From Planctomycetota bacterium (lineage in GTDB: Bacteria > Planctomycetota > UBA1135 > GCA-002748355): DNA of 64,000 nucleotides. Below are positions 34,950 to 43,529 of the stretch, piece by piece (positions within the stretch are counted from its first letter, which is position 1; every line of letters begins with the position of its first letter). Position numbers and translations under genes: made by a program. The notes below the pieces were generated by a model. It saw only the letters and a program-made list of their open reading frames with translations. It was not told the origin of the DNA and made no database searches. The DNA lies in assembly GCA_002685965.1 (NCBI GenBank), contig NYZE01000080.1:12464-76463 (forward strand). The letters are read 5' to 3'.

Positions 34950-35870
34950 ATGCGCGTGTTGCTACCCCTTGCCACGGTCCTGGCGCTCACGAGCGTCGCG
35001 TCCGCCCAAATCGTGATCACCGAGACCGAGACCCCCAAGCCCGGGACCGAGAAGGGCCAAGACGGGGCAGCTGCAAACTTGTTCTACAAGGCCTTCTGGC
35101 TCGATGTCGGCGACCGAAAGTTTGACCAGGCGACGGTGCTCTACAAGCAGTTCCTCGCCGCATCTCCGACGTCCAAGAACGCACCTCGCGCTGCCCGTCA
35201 GCTCGTCAACCTGCTCTATCGCACGGAGAAGCTGGACGAAGCAAAGGCAGCCGAGACGAAGTTCAAGGACCTGTTGGCCAAGGCGCCCAGCCGTCGTGGT
35301 GGTAACCGTGGTGGCGAGCGTGGTGGTAACCGTGGTGGTAACCGTGGTGGTAACCGTGGTGGCGAGCGTGGTGGTCGTATGGGCCGTGGCGGTGACCGCA
35401 GTGGTCGCGGCGGTGCCGGCCAGGTCGACCAGGCTCGTGTCCAGCGCTACGAGCGCATGATCAGCAACCTCGACAAGCGCCTCGCCGAGCAGAAAGAAGC
35501 CGGCAACGAGGAGCAGGTCAAGCGTCTGACGGCGCAGCTGGACCGGATCAAGAAGCAGCTCGCAACCGCCAAGCAGGGCGGCGGTGGTCAGCAAGGCCGT
35601 GGTGGTCAAGGTGAAGGCGGCCGTCAGAGTCGTCGCGGCAGCCGGCGCGGGGGCTTCGGTAGCTCCCTGGCTGAAATGACCAAGGAAGAGGCCGTCGAGT
35701 CGGTCGAGAACATGGGTCGTTTCCTGGACCGGATGCTTGAGCGCCTTGACGAAGACGCGGCCAAGAAGCTCGAGAGCACCTACAAGAAGCTCAAAGAGCT
35801 CGTCAACGCTGGAAAGCTCGAAGAAGCGCAGAAGGTGCGCTCGGAGATGTTCCAGCGCCGCCGTCGCTAG
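34950..35870 (+). CDS. Secreted protein with TPR-like N-terminal region, RGG/RGGN repeat block and coiled-coil C-terminus
   Basis: Lies in ORF 34854..35870. The ATG at 34950 is preceded by GAAGGAGAG and gives the signal peptide MRVLLPLATVLALTSVASAQ. The central block is RRGGNRGGERGGNRGGNRGGNRGGERGGRMGRGGDRSGRGGAG. A second Gly/Arg/Gln block (QGGGGQQGRGGQGEGGRQSRRGSRRGG) follows. Confidence 0.7.
   Translation: MRVLLPLATVLALTSVASAQIVITETETPKPGTEKGQDGAAANLFYKAFWLDVGDRKFDQATVLYKQFLAASPTSKNAPRAARQLVNLLYRTEKLDEAKAAETKFKDLLAKAPSRRGGNRGGERGGNRGGNRGGNRGGERGGRMGRGGDRSGRGGAGQVDQARVQRYERMISNLDKRLAEQKEAGNEEQVKRLTAQLDRIKKQLATAKQGGGGQQGRGGQGEGGRQSRRGSRRGGFGSSLAEMTKEEAVESVENMGRFLDRMLERLDEDAAKKLESTYKKLKELVNAGKLEEAQKVRSEMFQRRRR
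35295..35378 (+). repeat. In-frame 12-nt tandem repeat, 7 units (CGTGGTGGTAAC / CGTGGTGGCGAG variants)
   Basis: Direct reading gives CGTGGTGGTAAC CGTGGTGGCGAG CGTGGTGGTAAC CGTGGTGGTAAC CGTGGTGGTAAC CGTGGTGGCGAG CGTGGTGGTCGT, which encodes RGGN/RGGE/RGGR. Confidence 0.9.
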
Positions 35871-35891
35871 CCTCTAGCGATTCAGCCAACG

Positions 35892-35928
35892 AGCGGGCGA
35901 GGCATCCATCGGGGGTGCCTCGCCCGCT
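35892..35928 (+). terminator. Strong GC hairpin 22 nt after the RGG-protein stop (terminator candidate)
   Basis: AGCGGGCGAGGCA-tccatcggggg-TGCCTCGCCCGCT forms a perfect 13-bp stem, followed by TCAGTTCC. There is only a weak T tract. Confidence 0.55.
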
Positions 35929-36111
35929 TCAGTTCCGGCCACCGGCCCCCCGTGGGTGGACGGACGGACTGGTCGGGCCGGTGCAACATGCCCGAGACCT
36001 GGCAGCCATGTTGTTTGGCCGAATCGGTGGAGCCCAGGAACGGAACGCTTTGCTGGCCGGACGCTCGCGAGAGGGCTTGGAGACGACGCGCTACCCAGCC
36101 ATGCTCTCGTC

Positions 36112-37641
36112 ATGGGCGCCTTGCGACTCGACGGTGACGGACTCCAGCTGGCAGACCTCGCGGCCGTCCTGTCTGACGACCCGCCCGAGTTGGTGGTCAC
36201 CGAGGATGCCTGGGAGCGCGTTGATGGCTCACGCGAAGCAGTCGAGCGCGTTCTCGAGTGCGACGACACGGTCTACGGCGTAAACACCGGGTTTGGACGG
36301 TTGTCGCGCGTCCGGATCGACAGCCATCGGCTCGAGGAGCTACAGCGCAACCTGATCCTGTCGCACGCCACGGGCGTCGGGCAGCCGCTGTCGCTGGCGG
36401 TGTCGCGCCTGATGCTCGTTCTGCGTATTCAGGCGATCATCAAGGGGTGCTCGGGCGTTCGGCGCGTTCTCGTCGAACGCCTGCTACAGCTCTATGCGCA
36501 CGACCTGATCCCCGTGATCCCCGAACAGGGCAGTGTGGGTGCCTCCGGTGACCTGGCGCCCTTAGCGCACATGGCGCTGGTGTTGTTCGGGATAGGCGAA
36601 GTCTGGAGCGGCGACGAGCGCCGGTCCGCCGAGACAGCACTTCGCGAAGCCAACGTCGACACCCTCGCCCTGACAGCCAAGGAGGGATTGGCCCTGATCA
36701 ACGGCACGCAGTGCATGACCGCGATCGGCGTCGCGACCTGGCTGCACGCTACGACGCTGGTGAAGACCGCCGACGTCGCCGCGTCGTTGTCGCTCGAAGC
36801 CTTACGCGGTTCGGCGGAGCCCTTCCGCGAGGAAGTGCACCTTGCGCGGCCGCACGCTGGTCAAGTTGCGACCGCGGCGAACATGCGCCGACTGTTAGAA
36901 GGATCCGAGATCACCTTGTCGCACCTAGGGTGCGACAAGGTGCAGGATCCATACAGCCTGCGGTGCGTGCCGCAGGTGCACGGAACGGTGCGGGACGCGC
37001 TCAGCTACGGCCAGAAGGTGCTTGAGGTGGAGGTGAACGCGGCCACTGACAATCCGCTCGTGATGTCCGGTGGCAGCATCGTGTCGGCGGGCAACTTCCA
37101 CGGACAGCCCGTATCTCAAGCGATGGACCTGCTCGGAATCGCGTTGGCGACCCTCGCAAACATCTCCGAACGCCGTATCGAGACCATGGTCAACCCGGAC
37201 TTGTCCGGACTGCCCGCTTTCCTTGCCCACGATCCGGGGATGAACTCGGGCTTCATGATTCCGCAGGTCGTCGCAGCGAGTCTCGCATCGGAGAACAAGA
37301 GCTTGGCGCACCCCGCGTCGATCGACTCGATTCCGACATCTGCCAACCGTGAGGACCACGTGTCGATGGGCGTGACTGCGGCGCGGCACGCGCGGGACAT
37401 CTGCGCCAACACGGCCAAGGTGCTCGGTATCGAGGTGATCTGTGGCGCTCAGGGACTCTCGTTCGACCGCGGACTGCGCGCGGGATCGGGGCCCGAAGCA
37501 GCGTTTGCTGCCGTGCGCGCACGAGTGCCGGAGCTCGAGTCCGACCGCTGGCTAGCGCCCGACGTGGTCGTGGCCGAAGAGCTCGTGTCGAGCGGGACGA
37601 TCCTCGCCGCGGTCGAGGCGGTCATCGGGCAACTCGAGTAG
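36112..37641 (+). CDS. hutH: Histidine ammonia-lyase family enzyme (MIO-dependent)
   Basis: Lies in ORF 35956..37641, with my start at the ATG at 36112 (MGALRLDGDG...). The sequence is VYGVNTGFGRLS...NLILSHATGVG...GSVGASGDLAPLAHMAL, which contains the Ala-Ser-Gly MIO triad. It continues ...NGTQ...NPLV...GNFHGQP.... Confidence 0.85.
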   Translation: MGALRLDGDGLQLADLAAVLSDDPPELVVTEDAWERVDGSREAVERVLECDDTVYGVNTGFGRLSRVRIDSHRLEELQRNLILSHATGVGQPLSLAVSRLMLVLRIQAIIKGCSGVRRVLVERLLQLYAHDLIPVIPEQGSVGASGDLAPLAHMALVLFGIGEVWSGDERRSAETALREANVDTLALTAKEGLALINGTQCMTAIGVATWLHATTLVKTADVAASLSLEALRGSAEPFREEVHLARPHAGQVATAANMRRLLEGSEITLSHLGCDKVQDPYSLRCVPQVHGTVRDALSYGQKVLEVEVNAATDNPLVMSGGSIVSAGNFHGQPVSQAMDLLGIALATLANISERRIETMVNPDLSGLPAFLAHDPGMNSGFMIPQVVAASLASENKSLAHPASIDSIPTSANREDHVSMGVTAARHARDICANTAKVLGIEVICGAQGLSFDRGLRAGSGPEAAFAAVRARVPELESDRWLAPDVVVAEELVSSGTILAAVEAVIGQLE

Positions 37642-37745
37642 CGCCGTTACGCGATCGTGTGCGGTGAATACGCCGCCTGGGACCAGCATCGAGATCGACT
37701 GCCGTCGATCGACACGTTGCCGGTTCCGTTCGATCGAGTCGTCCG

Positions 37746-38822
37746 TCAGTTGCGCGGCCGCAGTTCGTTTGCGTGCACGCGCTTTTGCAGGACGACGCTG
37801 CCCTTCTGGCTCACGACCTGGAGAGTCAGGAGCGGGTCCTTCTGATTCCAGTCGATCTGAATCAGGCCGTAGTTCGCCTTGGTGTACTTGCAGCCGACGC
37901 GGTAGCGATTGACTTCGTTCTGCCAGGAGAGGTCCTGGTTGAGTGCACTCGAGGTTACGTCCCACAGCGGGTACGGCGCGTCCTCTCGGCAAACGGAGAT
38001 CTCGGCCGCGTGGCGGTCACCGCTGATGAAGACCACGCCGTGCGCCTTGGTGTCTGCAATCAAGCGGAACAACCGGGCACGTTCGGCTGGCATCGTCCCC
38101 CACCCCTCCCAGCCATGGTCGATCGCCACGACCTGGATGCTCGAGACAATGATGCGAACCTCGGCGGGAGTCTGCAGTTGTGCGCCTAGCCACTTCCATT
38201 GCTTGTCGCCGAGGAGGGTCGCAGCCGGATCATGGGTCGGGACGTACGGACCGAAGGCGCCTTCGCGCTTTTCGAGGTCCTGGCCGCCGAGTGGTTTGGA
38301 GTGCTTCTTGAGCGCACTGCGGAAGTAGCGGGTGTCGAGCAGGATGACCTGCACGCGCTTGTCCACCGGGCCAAACACCTGGGCCGTGTAGATCCCCTCC
38401 TGGGTGCGCCGTGGCGATTTGGCGGGTTCGTCGAAGAAGTCGAGGAAGGCCTGCTGCGACTCCTTCTTCATCGGGTACTCGCGCCCGGCATCGTTCTGGC
38501 CGTAGTCGTGGTCGTCCCACGTTGCGAGGATTGGGCACAGTCTCTTGAGTTCACCGTAGCCTTCGCTGGCACCGAGCTTCTTCCACTTGTCACGCATGAC
38601 CGAAATGTCCAGCGTGTCGGCGTAGATGTTGTCGCCGATGAACAGAAACAGCTGCGGCTTGTTGGCGATGATCGACTTCCAAACCGGCTGTGGACGGTTC
38701 TCGCGCATGCACGATCCGAACGCGATCGTGTGCAGTGGATCACTGCTTGCGCCCTGCGACTCGGTTTCCGCGCAAGAAAGAGCCGCGGACAGCAGAATCA
38801 GAATCGTCGTTCGCATGATCAT
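37746..38822 (-). CDS. PhoD-like metallophosphatase lipoprotein
   Basis: 358 aa. The signal and lipobox are MIMRTTILILLSAALSC. The core reads IAFGSCMRENRPQPVW...LFLFIGDNIYAD...ATWDDHDYGQNDAG...VVFISGDRHAAE. Confidence 0.8.
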   Translation of the reverse strand: MIMRTTILILLSAALSCAETESQGASSDPLHTIAFGSCMRENRPQPVWKSIIANKPQLFLFIGDNIYADTLDISVMRDKWKKLGASEGYGELKRLCPILATWDDHDYGQNDAGREYPMKKESQQAFLDFFDEPAKSPRRTQEGIYTAQVFGPVDKRVQVILLDTRYFRSALKKHSKPLGGQDLEKREGAFGPYVPTHDPAATLLGDKQWKWLGAQLQTPAEVRIIVSSIQVVAIDHGWEGWGTMPAERARLFRLIADTKAHGVVFISGDRHAAEISVCREDAPYPLWDVTSSALNQDLSWQNEVNRYRVGCKYTKANYGLIQIDWNQKDPLLTLQVVSQKGSVVLQKRVHANELRPRN

Positions 38823-40870
38823 CGCTTGGGGAAGACCGTGAGGTTGGGAATGTGTTCGATGAGCTCGCCGTAGTGATTGACGACGCTGATTGCCACACCG
38901 TCATCCGTCACGTCGAACAGCATGATGTTGGGCTGTGACGAGTAGCGGAAGAAAGTCGCTCCGTCAGCGCGCTTTGACCAATGCTCGTTCCAGGGCGTTT
39001 TTTCGCGGGCGTAGAACGGCGCGCCAAGGCCTCCGCCGATGAAGTACCAGATCGGGTGACCGAGTGGCAGTGGCGATGCCGATTCATGAGCGTCGGGTTT
39101 TCCGTCGCCGTTGACGTCCGCGTCGTGCCAGTTGATGACACCGTCCTTGTTCTTGTCATCCGTGGCGGGCACACCGAGCGGGACCTTGTTATCGACGAGA
39201 AGGCGGCTGTATGCGTGCTCGTCACTGCCGAGAACGGCGATGACCTTCGCGTTGGCGTGGATCGCGAGCATCATCTCGTTGCGCACGTCGATGATGCCCT
39301 CCTTCATCGGCACGACTCGTTTGCCGTCGAAGATGTGCGCGCGGACCCTGTTGTCGCCGAGGTACCACATCGCATCCTGGATGTGGCCGCCGTTCGGGAG
39401 CACCGGCTCCTGCATGTAGATGAACACGTAGCGGATCGTCGAGTCTGCTGCCGCGCGGTCCAGTTCGGCTTTGAGCCAGTCGATCTGATCACGCATCACG
39501 TAGCCTTCCGGTGATCCGCCGAACAGGTCCGAGGCGTACGAGATCCAGTAGTTGTTGTTCACGGCGATGCAGAGCACCGACCCGTATTGGAACGAGTAGG
39601 CCGTCTCACGGTACGGGGGCAGCTTAGGGTTGGAGCGTTTCGGGCCGTTGGTCGGCAGGACCAACTCGTCGGCGAAGATCGCTTCCGACGACTCGGTCGC
39701 ATAGGGCCAGCGATCGACGCTGATGCCGTAGGTCGTACCGTCGTCGAAGTTGTAGATGAGGCACTCGTGGTTGCCGAGCACCGGGTAGACGGGTCGTTCG
39801 GCCGCGAATCCCATGACGGCGTACTTCCAGCCGTACAACTGCGTGCGGTAGTCGTCCGGCGAGGTCGTGTAGCCGTTGACCAGGTCACCCCCCTGCAGCA
39901 GGAAACGTGCGCCCCGCGCGTACGCGACTTGCGTCAGACGATGCAGATCTGCGTAGTTGCAGCCCATGTGCGACTCGAGACCGAAGCCGGGACCCTGACG
40001 ACTGTCGCCGCCGTAGGCGAAGCGGAAGCCGCTAGAGCCCTTCGCGGGCGCGGTGCGTAGCCGGTACTTCCGCGTGGTTAGGCTGCCGACGGTCACGGAG
40101 TATTCGTACTCACGGTTCGGCTCGAGCCCCGTCAGCTGGATGTCGTGACGGACGTTGGCTTTCGGCGAGCGAAACGAGTCACCGGTGTCGAGTACGATGC
40201 CAGCGCTGATGGGTTCGCTCGTCACGAGAGTGATAACGCATCGAGTCGGATCGTCGCTGGTCACGAGGTTGACCAGTGGGCCTTCGACGATCGACGGCAC
40301 TACCTTGATCTCTGCGCCATTGCGCTCGACCCAGACGAATGTGTCATAGGTGCCGAGGTCGAGGTCGCGACCACTCTCCTGTTGCTTGAGCCGTAGCCGC
40401 ACCGCCAGCTGACCGTGGTTGGTCCAGTCTTCGCTGTTCAGATTCCCAGTGAACAGGGCAGCTGCATCGACCCTGGAAATGCCTTTGTCGACCGCGGTTT
40501 GCAGGCGCCAACGGGGATACGGGAAGCGTGCCTCTTTCGCTTCAAACGGGTACGGGCCGATCACCACGGTTCCGTAGATCCGCGCCGGGTCCAGTGGCAT
40601 GCCGTCGAGCGTTTGCTTGATGTGACCGAGGTTGATCTCGAGGTGATGCGGCAGACCGTTCACCTGAGCGCCTTGGCGGATCGCGCGGCGCACCTGGGCG
40701 ATGGAGAGCCGGTTGCGGATAGTGTTCGGGAAGCCCTGCCCGTGCGGGCGTCGCGGATGGTTGCGCACGAGCTCAGTGGCATGAATGGGCAGGCCCTTTG
40801 GGATCTGCAACTTGTCCTGCGCCGGCATTGCACAAGCGAGCAAGAGCAGGGCGAGGCCGTTTCGGATCAT
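38819..40870 (-). CDS. Secreted calcineurin-like metallophosphoesterase with N-terminal beta-sandwich region
   Basis: Lies in ORF 38819..40987. The ATG at 40870 gives the signal MIRNGLALLLLACAMPAQ. The core reads FRFAYGGDSRQG...LLQGGDLVNGY...VLGNHE.... The stop overlaps the PhoD-like gene start (ATGA 38819..38822). Confidence 0.8.
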   Translation of the reverse strand: MIRNGLALLLLACAMPAQDKLQIPKGLPIHATELVRNHPRRPHGQGFPNTIRNRLSIAQVRRAIRQGAQVNGLPHHLEINLGHIKQTLDGMPLDPARIYGTVVIGPYPFEAKEARFPYPRWRLQTAVDKGISRVDAAALFTGNLNSEDWTNHGQLAVRLRLKQQESGRDLDLGTYDTFVWVERNGAEIKVVPSIVEGPLVNLVTSDDPTRCVITLVTSEPISAGIVLDTGDSFRSPKANVRHDIQLTGLEPNREYEYSVTVGSLTTRKYRLRTAPAKGSSGFRFAYGGDSRQGPGFGLESHMGCNYADLHRLTQVAYARGARFLLQGGDLVNGYTTSPDDYRTQLYGWKYAVMGFAAERPVYPVLGNHECLIYNFDDGTTYGISVDRWPYATESSEAIFADELVLPTNGPKRSNPKLPPYRETAYSFQYGSVLCIAVNNNYWISYASDLFGGSPEGYVMRDQIDWLKAELDRAAADSTIRYVFIYMQEPVLPNGGHIQDAMWYLGDNRVRAHIFDGKRVVPMKEGIIDVRNEMMLAIHANAKVIAVLGSDEHAYSRLLVDNKVPLGVPATDDKNKDGVINWHDADVNGDGKPDAHESASPLPLGHPIWYFIGGGLGAPFYAREKTPWNEHWSKRADGATFFRYSSQPNIMLFDVTDDGVAISVVNHYGELIEHIPNLTVFPKR

Positions 40871-41028
40871 CGCTTTGCTGACTCCACGCCCGCGGCGCGC
40901 AGGATCGCGTCCAGGGGCTGGGGCTGCGGATCGAGGGACTCCTGGACGGTCGTGTCCCGCGCGGACAACACGCGCGCATTCACACAAGAGGCCGCGAAGA
41001 GCACGGCCGAGCAGGCAAGGTGCTTCAT
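40867..41028 (-). CDS. Candidate small lipoprotein (53 aa) leading the phosphoesterase operon
   Basis: An internal ATG at 41028 in ORF 40867..41121 gives MKHLACSAVLFAASCVNAR... (signal plus Cys). Its TGA overlaps the ATG of the downstream gene (ATGA 40867..40870). I saw no clear SD. Confidence 0.35.
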   Translation of the reverse strand: MKHLACSAVLFAASCVNARVLSARDTTVQESLDPQPQPLDAILRAAGVESAKR

Positions 41029-41142
41029 GCGGTCATCGTGGCCCGTGGGCGCGAGGCCGCAAGCGTGGATTCCCGTCCGCCTATCAGCGCTCGCGCCACG
41101 CGCGATTCGAGGATGTCCCATGCCGGGTCATGAGGTGTGCCC

Positions 41143-42510
41143 TCAGACTGTGCGCGAGAACATCGGCCCACCCTGGGCTCGCTGCTTGGCCAGATAGGCA
41201 TCGAAGGGCATGGCCGCGTTGCGCACGAATAGCTGGCCGAGTTCTGTGACGCGAATGCCGTTGTCGTCGAGTTCGACCACGCCGTCGTTGGCGAGAGGCT
41301 CCAGCTGCACCAGGGCATCGGCGTAGCGTTTGCGGAAGGCAGCAGCGCCACCGTGCGCGTCGTAGTCGAGGCGGAACCGACACATCAGGTCGAGGATGAT
41401 GCGACGCCGCGCCGTGTCGTCCGCAGAACGCGTGAGCCCGCGGTCGATCGGCAGTCGACCCGTGTCGATCGCCTCGCTCCAGTCCTTGAGGCCCTTGTGG
41501 TTCTGTGCGAATGCCGCGTTGATCTCGGAGATCGAAGACGCGCCGAACGAGAGCATGTCTTCGGCCGGGTGCACTGCATAGCCCATGAAGTTTCGGTGTA
41601 GCGTTCCATCAGCGAGCGCACGCATCATCGCATCTTGCGGTAGAGCAAAGTGGTCCATGCCGATCGCTTCGTAGCCGGCCTCGCGAAATTTCCGGTACGC
41701 CGTCAGGTACAGCTCGATCTTGTCGTGGCCACGAGGCAACGCGTCCTCGGGCAGGGCACGTTGGTGCTTCTTGAGCCACGGCACGTGGGCGTATCCGTAG
41801 CAGGCGATGCGCTCCGGCCGCAGTTTGAGCACTTGGTCGACGCTGTGACCGAACGACTCGGGCGTTTGATGTGGCAACCCATAGATCAGGTCGAGGTTGA
41901 CCGACAAGAAGCCGAGTGCACGCGCGTGATCGACGAGCAGACGCGTCGCCTCGACACTCTGGATGCGGTGCACGGTCTCCTGCACCTTCGCGTCGAAGTC
42001 CTGCACGCCCATGCTGATGCGGTTGAAGCCGCAGGTGCGCAGCACGTCGAGTTGCTCGATGGTCGTGACGGCAGGGTCGATCTCGATGCTCACCTCGGCG
42101 TTCTCGTCGAGCGGGAACAGTGCAACGAGGCCCGTGAACAATCGCTCGAGTTCGGTCGGCGACAGAAACGTCGGCGTGCCGCCGCCCCAGTGGTGCTGGA
42201 CGACCGGTCGCGCGCTGCCCAACGCATCGTGGGCCAGCCGTGCTTCTTGCAGGACGCGTGACACATAATCGTGCATCCGGTCCCGCTGGCGCGTGATGAC
42301 GACGCTGCATCCACAGTAGAGGCAAAGCCGTTCACAGAAAGGCACGTGCACGTACATCGACAGCCGCTCGGCGCTCGAGCCGGCCCGGATCAGATGTCTG
42401 CGGTAGTCGGCCTCGCCGAAGTCGTTCGACCACGAGGGAGCCGTGGGGTAGCTGGTGTAGCGCGGACCCGGAGTGTCGTAACGGGCGATGAGCTCGCGCG
42501 AGACTTTCAC
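41143..42510 (-). CDS. hemN: Oxygen-independent coproporphyrinogen III oxidase (radical SAM)
   Basis: The GTG start at 42510 overlaps the hemE stop (GTGA). The sequence is VKVSRELIARYDTPGPRYTSYPTAPSW...LSMYVHVPFCERLCLYCGC (CxxxCxxC)...GGGTPT.... Confidence 0.88.
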   Translation of the reverse strand: MKVSRELIARYDTPGPRYTSYPTAPSWSNDFGEADYRRHLIRAGSSAERLSMYVHVPFCERLCLYCGCSVVITRQRDRMHDYVSRVLQEARLAHDALGSARPVVQHHWGGGTPTFLSPTELERLFTGLVALFPLDENAEVSIEIDPAVTTIEQLDVLRTCGFNRISMGVQDFDAKVQETVHRIQSVEATRLLVDHARALGFLSVNLDLIYGLPHQTPESFGHSVDQVLKLRPERIACYGYAHVPWLKKHQRALPEDALPRGHDKIELYLTAYRKFREAGYEAIGMDHFALPQDAMMRALADGTLHRNFMGYAVHPAEDMLSFGASSISEINAAFAQNHKGLKDWSEAIDTGRLPIDRGLTRSADDTARRRIILDLMCRFRLDYDAHGGAAAFRKRYADALVQLEPLANDGVVELDDNGIRVTELGQLFVRNAAMPFDAYLAKQRAQGGPMFSRTV

Positions 42511-43529
42511 CGTGACCTCCGCACTTCGTCCACGACGATTTCGAGAGCGCGCGGGTCGGCGTGGCGCGAGATCCCGTGTCCAAGGTTGAACACGTGTCGA
42601 TCTCCGGCATCGGCGCACACCTGGGTGACTCTTTGCCGGAGCAGCGACTCATCGGCGAAGAGTGCGGCCGGTTCCATGTTCCCCTGCAGGGTGCGAAGCG
42701 GAGCCATCGCGCGTGCCTGGCGCATCGGCAATCGCCAGTCGAAGGCAAGGATGTCCGTATCGGCCTCACGCATGCGTCCGAAGTGCTGGGCGGCGCCGTT
42801 GACGTAGTGAATCGACACCGCTCCTGCGCGGCGCGCTGCGGCCAGTAGTCGTTCGCTGTGCGGCGCACAACGCTCGGCCCAATCCCCGGGCGATAGCGCC
42901 GACGCCCAAGAGTCGAAGACCTGGATCGCGTCGCAGCCGGCTTCGACGAGGGCGCCGACCAACGGCTCGAGACACTCAGCGATGCGCACAAGCAGCGCAT
43001 CGAATACGTCCGGCGCCTCGAACATGAGCCGCCGCACTCCGTCCCACGACTTCGAGCCGCGACCCTCGACGAGGTAGCAGGCCATCGTGAACGGCGCGCC
43101 GACGAAGCCGATCAGCGCCTTGTCGGCGGCGAGCTCTTCGCGCACGAGCGTGGCAGTGCCCAGCATCGCGGCAAGGTCCGCTTCCGGTTCGGGTATTCGG
43201 AGCGCGGCGACGTCCTCGATAGTGGCGACCGTCTTGGCGAGCACCGGACCAGGCTCGTAAGCGAGTTCGATCCCCATCGGCTCGACCGGCACCAGCAGGT
43301 CCGTGAACAGGATCGCCGCGTCGATGTCGTAGCGCCGCAGCGGCTGCAGCGTCACCTCGGCCGCGGCTTCAGGGTTCCGGCACAGCTCCAGGAATGACAG
43401 CTTGCTGCGCATCTCGCGGTACTCGGGCAAGTAGCGACCCGCCTGCCGCATGATCCACAGTGGTCGTCGCTCCGCCTGTTCGCCCCGTGCGGTCGCGAGG
43501 AAGGCCCCGTTAGGATTGCCGCGCTTCAC
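42507..43529 (-). CDS. hemE: Uroporphyrinogen decarboxylase
   Basis: The GTG start at 43529 overlaps the hemL stop (GTGA). The sequence is ...RRPLWIMRQAGRYLPEYREM...EVTLQPLRRYDIDAAILFTDLLVP...FNLGHGI. Confidence 0.9.
   Translation of the reverse strand: MKRGNPNGAFLATARGEQAERRPLWIMRQAGRYLPEYREMRSKLSFLELCRNPEAAAEVTLQPLRRYDIDAAILFTDLLVPVEPMGIELAYEPGPVLAKTVATIEDVAALRIPEPEADLAAMLGTATLVREELAADKALIGFVGAPFTMACYLVEGRGSKSWDGVRRLMFEAPDVFDALLVRIAECLEPLVGALVEAGCDAIQVFDSWASALSPGDWAERCAPHSERLLAAARRAGAVSIHYVNGAAQHFGRMREADTDILAFDWRLPMRQARAMAPLRTLQGNMEPAALFADESLLRQRVTQVCADAGDRHVFNLGHGISRHADPRALEIVVDEVRRSR

Noticed and set aside
35295-35378. The 12-nt tandem array as a CRISPR-like or non-coding minisatellite.
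   Set aside because: The units are contiguous with no spacers. They are in frame within a long ORF and translate to a coherent RGG repeat.
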